Of a DNA stretch of 64,000 nucleotides, positions 58,844-64,000 are shown piece by piece; the stretch's first letter is position 1, and each line of letters begins with the position of its first letter. The DNA lies in assembly GCA_021787535.1 (NCBI GenBank), contig JAJYLR010000001.1, positions 492,321 through 556,320 on the forward strand. The letters run 5' to 3'. The notes under the pieces are model-generated. The model had not been told where the DNA came from and searched no databases. It worked only from the letters and a program-made list of their open reading frames with translations. The position numbers and the translations under genes were made by a program. This DNA comes from a bacterium (GTDB taxonomy: Bacteria > Patescibacteriota > CPR2 > UBA1875 > JAJYID01).

Positions 58844-59380
58844 CTACTGTCTACGTTTTTTTTTAAAAATATTCAAAGGAATCAAAAGTATTTTCTTTGC
58901 TTCGGCCTTTACTGGAACATTCCAACCTATTTTTTCTTTAGCTTGAATCATCGAAAGCAGTTGAAAAGGATGAAGTTTAGTGAAATTGCCTTCAAAAGCG
59001 TGTTTTATCTTTTTTCTATCGTCTTTTGGCAACAATTTTTTGAGTTCATCTTTGATAGTCGAAGGAGTAAAAATATAAATATCAGTTATACCTTTTCGTT
59101 TAATAATATCATCCAGGATTTTATCCATTTCCTTCAAAAAACGGTGCCTGATTTCAACTTTGTTTGTCTCAAGAACAGACCCGGATTCTAAAACCCTGCC
59201 ATGCCCGGCAGTTTCAAAAAATCCTTCTTTATCTGAATAGTGTGGATATAGAAGCTTGAACTCTCCTATTTTTTCTATTCTGCCATTTTTAGCAATATAG
59301 AAATCAGCTTCGTGAAGGCCGGTAACGACAATTAAAGCTTTTTGATTTTGGAACTGTGGCAAATCTCTGGTTATCTTCAT
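58844..59380 (-). CDS. Host-attachment / aeRF1-like fold family protein (tentative)
   Basis: Pattern LIVV..EADFY..; RFLKEM..L..; IYIFTP..LKKLL; GNFTK resembles the host-attachment family. Confidence 0.55.
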   Translation of the reverse strand: MKITRDLPQFQNQKALIVVTGLHEADFYIAKNGRIEKIGEFKLLYPHYSDKEGFFETAGHGRVLESGSVLETNKVEIRHRFLKEMDKILDDIIKRKGITDIYIFTPSTIKDELKKLLPKDDRKKIKHAFEGNFTKLHPFQLLSMIQAKEKIGWNVPVKAEAKKILLIPLNIFKKKRRQ

Positions 59381-59476
59381 AATCAAAAATATAACAAATA
59401 TTATACAAATTTTATTTGTTTAATTTTATAAATTAGACCCCCAGAGTGTGAACACCCTGAGGGTCTTTTTTAGAAA

Positions 59477-60184
59477 CTACTTGCGATGCCCAATAAATGA
59501 AAGGTTGGGTATCGACTCCTCGGCTTCCTCCACACCATCTATAACCAGATTCTCCTGTGTCCCTACTACAGCACCGCATTTTATGCAGAAACTGGTATAG
59601 ATGTGTTTATACCCTGAGGTTGCAGGAGGGGTAACCAAAGGACCTGCTTGCCCAACTGCCTCAAGCTGGCCTCCCACAAGACGCATTTTCCCGCGGCGTC
59701 TAGGCTGACAACTCTCAACCGTATAGATGGAACCGGTTTTCTCAACTTTCGAACGGCATGGTTTTCCGTCAATGTGTCCTCCACAGAGTGGTTTCATATT
59801 CTCGGGTTTGCCTTGCTGATAGCAAGCACCCCAGAGGTATGAAGGCCGAAATGCCTCGGCATAGGTCAGTATGTCTTGAGGCGGCCTACCCGCAATGCAT
59901 ACAACATTCTCAACTCCTCTACCATTGCCGAATGTGTGATCAGCCGGAAGACTAATCGAGATCTCAGGCAAATCAAACTCGATGTACATCCCTTGCGCTT
60001 TCACAAGTAGAGACTGCCTGAAAGTCTGTAATTGTACTGTCCCCCCCTTCCCGCTAGATAAACCAAAGAGTTTAAAAGATCTGAGATGCCGGCAAGCATG
60101 ACATGACCCAAGCAATGGATAAGGATTCCCTTCTCTGTCAGCGGATTTGTAATAACTTTCTGCTGTGACACTAGTATCGTCCAT
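59477..60184 (-). CDS. Cys-rich hypothetical protein
   Basis: SD AAGGAG; CHAC and CIKC motifs; downstream terminator near 59436-59471. Confidence 0.65.
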   Translation of the reverse strand: MDDTSVTAESYYKSADREGNPYPLLGSCHACRHLRSFKLFGLSSGKGGTVQLQTFRQSLLVKAQGMYIEFDLPEISISLPADHTFGNGRGVENVVCIAGRPPQDILTYAEAFRPSYLWGACYQQGKPENMKPLCGGHIDGKPCRSKVEKTGSIYTVESCQPRRRGKMRLVGGQLEAVGQAGPLVTPPATSGYKHIYTSFCIKCGAVVGTQENLVIDGVEEAEESIPNLSFIGHRK

Positions 60185-60193
60185 GATATCTCC

Positions 60194-60493
60194 TTAATCT
60201 TCGGCTGTCAGTAAAAAATCGAGGTCAAGTGATACAGTTGCCAGCAAGGCGTCTTGATAATTTTTGACTCCCGAAAGACAAATAAAACCCGGATGGCTAA
60301 AATCAGGATCCTCGTCGTGATTGTTAAAATATATCACGCTTCCGGTCGACGTTTGGCAAAGGTAAACATCATGACGGTCTTTTAGCTTAAAAACTCTTCT
60401 TTCTCCCAAAAAAGTACAAAATCGACATCCGCTATCCGGACCTCCGCATTTGATTTTCTCTACAGGGAAAAAATCTTTTTTCAAAAGTCCCAT
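60194..60493 (-). CDS. Cys-containing hypothetical protein
   Basis: SD GAGAGGGG; CRFC motif; own promoter near 60615-60586. Confidence 0.6.
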   Translation of the reverse strand: MGLLKKDFFPVEKIKCGGPDSGCRFCTFLGERRVFKLKDRHDVYLCQTSTGSVIYFNNHDEDPDFSHPGFICLSGVKNYQDALLATVSLDLDFLLTAED

Positions 60494-60684
60494 CGTATCC
60501 CCTCTCTCAATCTTGAGTAGTTCATTTGAAAAGTTGCACATAAAAAAGGAGGCCACCCCTCCCTTTTATGAATTTATTTAAATCAAATTTACCACAAACT
60601 TTTTCAAGGTGTCAAATCTGTCCCATTGAAATATGGAATTTCGCTCAATTCGTCAGTTAAACTTGTCAAAACAAGATAAAATTT

Positions 60685-61164
60685 CTACTCTAAAATCGGG
60701 TGTTTTTTGACAAAGTTATGATTTTTCCACCACTTTTCGAGACCTAAATATTGTCCGGCGCCGACTGAAGCCAGGGTCAGTAAAACAAGGATGTAAATGA
60801 TGTGTTCGTCAATGAATGGATTAGTTTTGATTGGCATCACGCTAAGCCAGATTAGAAACATCAACACTGATCCCACGTAAGCAGACAGTTTCATATGAGT
60901 ACCAAGCAAAAACCCAATTCCCGCAAAAAGCAGTCCCAGTATGAAAAGCCAGTCAACCAAGGGATTGCCTGCCATACTATGAAATGTAGAAGCAAATGGT
61001 CCATGAACGCTCTTTAAATACCCGGCTGTAGGCGAAACCCCATCGATCCATGCCTTGCCGGCTTTGGTAGCATACCCCAAGCCAAATATTTTATCCAGCC
61101 CAGCCCAGAAAAGTATCCACCCTATTGCGATCCTTAAAAGTCCGAATAAATATTCTTTTTTCAT
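60685..61164 (-). CDS. DoxX-family membrane protein
   Basis: LLRIAIGWILFWAGLDK; NPFIDEHIIY. Confidence 0.85.
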   Translation of the reverse strand: MKKEYLFGLLRIAIGWILFWAGLDKIFGLGYATKAGKAWIDGVSPTAGYLKSVHGPFASTFHSMAGNPLVDWLFILGLLFAGIGFLLGTHMKLSAYVGSVLMFLIWLSVMPIKTNPFIDEHIIYILVLLTLASVGAGQYLGLEKWWKNHNFVKKHPILE

Positions 61165-61326
61165 TTTTTACTCCTTTAACCCTTATTTGTAAGGATTTTA
61201 ATAAATCTAAGCTTATAATAGCTTAACATAAACATATTACAATACTTTTTTTGGATTTGAAAAGGGCCGGCGCGCATGCGCGCCGGCCCTTAGGCGAGAA
61301 TATGTTACTTTCTCACCTTGTTACTT

Positions 61327-61932
61327 TCAGCGAGTGTTGAAATGCTCCGCCAGTTTCGCGGTATCGATTTCAACAGATTCCACAGAGATTTTCACCCCAA
61401 GAAGCCCCGGAATCTCCATTGCCTTGCATACCCCATCGGCCTCTTCGACAACCGGTTTCACGATGAAGACGTAGCCGTGAGAGTGAGAAATCTCCACGGA
61501 AGTTCCCGCTTTGATCACCTCGCCAGTCGAGGAGATCAAATAAATCGGAGTCGCCCCGACCATGACCCGGGCCATCATTGCACCGCCTCTGCCCTCATGG
61601 CAGATATCCTGGTCCATGATGGCCGTCTTCACACTCTTCCTCGGCTTTCTCTGCCAAGGCTTTGTGGACTGCACTCCGAGAAGCATACACAGATCTTCGG
61701 CAGAATTGACCACCGTTGAACCGCCCTTCTTCTGGCCGGCCTTCGGCTTGAACAGCTCCAGTCCGACTCCATTTCTGCCGTTCAGTCTTGCAACCACCCT
61801 GGTGTTTAACTGGATTGGAGCACCAGTGTGGTTATTGATGAACATTTTCCCGGTCTTGCTGTTGCCGATCGTGAGACCGTCCGTGGGTACTACAAACCCA
61901 CGGATCTTGACATGCTTCGGGTTGTTGCTCAT
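61327..61932 (-). CDS. Hypothetical protein with apparent internal duplication
   Basis: SD AGGAGG; GC-richer than neighbours; ends before a 30-bp perfect palindrome at 61262-61291. Confidence 0.7.
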   Translation of the reverse strand: MSNNPKHVKIRGFVVPTDGLTIGNSKTGKMFINNHTGAPIQLNTRVVARLNGRNGVGLELFKPKAGQKKGGSTVVNSAEDLCMLLGVQSTKPWQRKPRKSVKTAIMDQDICHEGRGGAMMARVMVGATPIYLISSTGEVIKAGTSVEISHSHGYVFIVKPVVEEADGVCKAMEIPGLLGVKISVESVEIDTAKLAEHFNTR

Positions 61933-62094
61933 GACAACCTCCTGATTGCACGGCTAACCTTTTGTAGCCGAATAGAAAAGTCTAACATAAAATCTTCATG
62001 TTGTCAATGTTTTTATGCTTCAATTTGCGTAAAAATCAAAGAAACCCGCAAATTGCGGATTTCTTTTTCAGTCTCTAACCAAAGTTAGAATAAA

Positions 62095-62418
62095 TTACAT
62101 TTTAATTTCGATATTCACACATGATGGCAGAGAAAGTTCCATAAGAGTATCGATCGTCTTTGCTGTCGGTTCTGTGATGTCGATTAATCTCTTGTGAGTT
62201 CGCATTTCAAACTGCTCCCGAGAGTTTTTATCAATATTTGAAGCACGGTTCACCGTCATTGATTTTCTCTCGGTCGGAAGCGGGATAGGTCCATGAACTT
62301 GTGCTCCGCTTCTTTCCGCCGTCTCGATGATCTGTTTGGCTGACTGATCTATCAGCTTATGATCATAAGACTTTAGTTTGATGCGTATTCTTTGCTTTTC
62401 TTTTGTCTCTGTTGCCAT
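62095..62418 (-). CDS. rpsJ: 30S ribosomal protein S10
   Basis: [11 protein letters not shown]; GPIPLPT; [12 protein letters not shown]. Confidence 0.98.
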   Translation of the reverse strand: MATETKEKQRIRIKLKSYDHKLIDQSAKQIIETAERSGAQVHGPIPLPTERKSMTVNRASNIDKNSREQFEMRTHKRLIDITEPTAKTIDTLMELSLPSCVNIEIKM

Positions 62419-62442
62419 TTGTTAATGTGCTTAATATCTTTC

Positions 62443-63624
62443 TTATTTTGTAATCTTTGATACGACACCTGCTCCAACTGTTCGGCCGCCTTCACGGATA
62501 GCAAATCTAAGTCCTTCTTCGATAGCAACCGGCTGGATAAGTTTAACATTCATAGTGATCTCATCGCCGGGCATAACCATCTCTACCTTTTCAGGCAAGA
62601 TTACTTCACCAGTAACATCAGTGGTTCTGATGTAGAACTGCGGTTTGTAACCTTTGAAAAATGGAGTATGCCGTCCGCCTTCTTCTTTGGTCAAGATATA
62701 TGCTGATGCTTCAAACTCTGTGTGAGGTGTAATAGTACCCGGCTTTGCCAGAACTTGTCCTCTTTCAATACCGGTTTTCTCAACGCCTCGGAGAAGAACA
62801 CCTGCATTATCTCCGGCTTGGCCTGAATCAAGTGATTTCTTAAACATTTCAATACCGGTTACAGTTGTTTTTTTGGTCGGCTTTAGTCCAACCATTTCAA
62901 CTTCATCACCAACTTTGACCTGGCCTCTCTCGATTCTTCCTGTCGCAACAGTACCTCTTCCTTTGATAGAGAAAACATCTTCTACCGGCATAAGGAATGG
63001 CTTATCTATATCTCTTTTCGGTTCAGGAATATATGAGTCAAGAGCGTCCATCAGATCCATAATTGCTTTCTCTTGTGTCTCGTCGCCTTCAAGAGCTTTG
63101 AGAGCGCTTCCTCGAACAATAGGAATATCTTTTCCGGGGAATTCATATTTAGTCAAAAGCTCTCGGATTTCTTCCTCAACAAGATCAAGCATTTCAGGGT
63201 CATCAACCTGATCAACTTTGTTCATGAAAACTACAATGTAAGGCACACCAACTTGGCGGGCAAGCAGGATGTGCTCTCTGGTCTGAGGCATCGGTCCGTC
63301 AGCGGCTGAAACCACTAGGATAGCTCCGTCCATCTGAGCTGCGCCGGTAATCATGTTTTTCACATAGTCAGCATGTCCCGGACAGTCAACGTGAGCATAG
63401 TGCCTTTTATCTGTTTCATATTCAACATGAGCGGTAGCAATGGTAATACCACGTTCCCGCTCTTCCGGAGCATTGTCAATCTGGTCGAATTTCTTAACCT
63501 CAGCTTTTCCTTGCTTTCCAAGCACTGCCAAAATAGCCGCTGTCAAAGTAGTCTTGCCATGATCGACATGTCCGATAGTACCGACATTAATATGCGGTTT
63601 GGTTCTTTCAAATTTTTCTGCCAT
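62443..63624 (-). CDS. tuf: Elongation factor Tu
   Basis: GHVDHGKTT; [15 protein letters not shown]; internal promoter TTGCAA-17-TAAAAT at 63738-63710. Confidence 0.99.
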   Translation of the reverse strand: MAEKFERTKPHINVGTIGHVDHGKTTLTAAILAVLGKQGKAEVKKFDQIDNAPEERERGITIATAHVEYETDKRHYAHVDCPGHADYVKNMITGAAQMDGAILVVSAADGPMPQTREHILLARQVGVPYIVVFMNKVDQVDDPEMLDLVEEEIRELLTKYEFPGKDIPIVRGSALKALEGDETQEKAIMDLMDALDSYIPEPKRDIDKPFLMPVEDVFSIKGRGTVATGRIERGQVKVGDEVEMVGLKPTKKTTVTGIEMFKKSLDSGQAGDNAGVLLRGVEKTGIERGQVLAKPGTITPHTEFEASAYILTKEEGGRHTPFFKGYKPQFYIRTTDVTGEVILPEKVEMVMPGDEITMNVKLIQPVAIEEGLRFAIREGGRTVGAGVVSKITK

Positions 63625-63746
63625 ATCGCGTCTCCTTTTTCCCTGCCGAGATTATCGAAAGCAGGTTTCCTTTATTTGTTATTTAATTTTTTATATAAGC
63701 TACCGGTATATTTTACTCTAGTTTTTTATTTTTTGCAAGCGGGTTT

Positions 63747-64000
63747 TTATTCTGTACTCCCTTTGCCTCGTTTTGATTTAATTTCCTCTGCAACATTACC
63801 CGGAACTTCTTCATAATGGTCGAATTCCATGGAATATGCCGCTCTGCCTTGAGACATAGACCTAAGTGTTGTTGCATAACCAAACATTTCCGCTAGCGGC
63901 ACATGCGCATCAATAATTTTAGAGCCCAGCCGATCTTCCATTTTCTGGATTCTGCCGCGTTTTGAGTTTATATCGCCCATGACATCTCCCATAAATTCTT
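63747..64000 (-). CDS. fusA: Elongation factor G, C-terminal part (runs off the window)
   Basis: MGDVMGD; [21 protein letters not shown]. Confidence 0.97.
   Translation of the reverse strand, partial: EFMGDVMGDINSKRGRIQKMEDRLGSKIIDAHVPLAEMFGYATTLRSMSQGRAAYSMEFDHYEEVPGNVAEEIKSKRGKGSTE

Noticed and set aside
1-64000. CRISPR array, cas genes, rRNA, transposase or integrase
   Set aside because: No regularly spaced repeat-spacer series, no rRNA signature and no such protein motifs were seen.

Overview
Core-genome region of a CPR (Patescibacteria) bacterium; the lineage within CPR cannot be fixed from sequence alone. Support for CPR: no rpmD/L30 in the spc cluster, a sigma-region-4/HARE-HTH protein next to a VirD4/HerA-like ATPase, a short non-discriminating AspRS and a reduced dcw cluster. 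Protein genes run on + from about 250 to 23.2 kb (two D,D-carboxypeptidases, a two-component pair, aspS, scpA/scpB, rluB, der, pth, dprA, topA). They run almost all on - from 23.5 to 64 kb (dcw cluster, rplA/rplK/nusG/secE, a tRNA cluster, the S10-spc-alpha superoperon, tuf, fusA). The two blocks converge on a dif-like 11-6-11 site. The notable signal is non-coding. (1) Two unrelated tRNA genes (Glu, Trp) are each followed by a 172/179-bp unit that duplicates the last 23 nt of that tRNA, carries shared motifs and folds back through an antisense arm that co-varies with tRNA identity. (2) GTCATT-tailed REP-like palindromes sit in frame inside rluB (twice), der and pth, with near-identical intergenic siblings. 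(3) A complete Phe-leader attenuator precedes an unknown 88-aa gene. (4) There are two promoter- and terminator-bounded structured ncRNA candidates, one with an anti-SD loop complementary over 17 nt to the ftsL leader. All calls are by eye; no database searches or folding programs were run.
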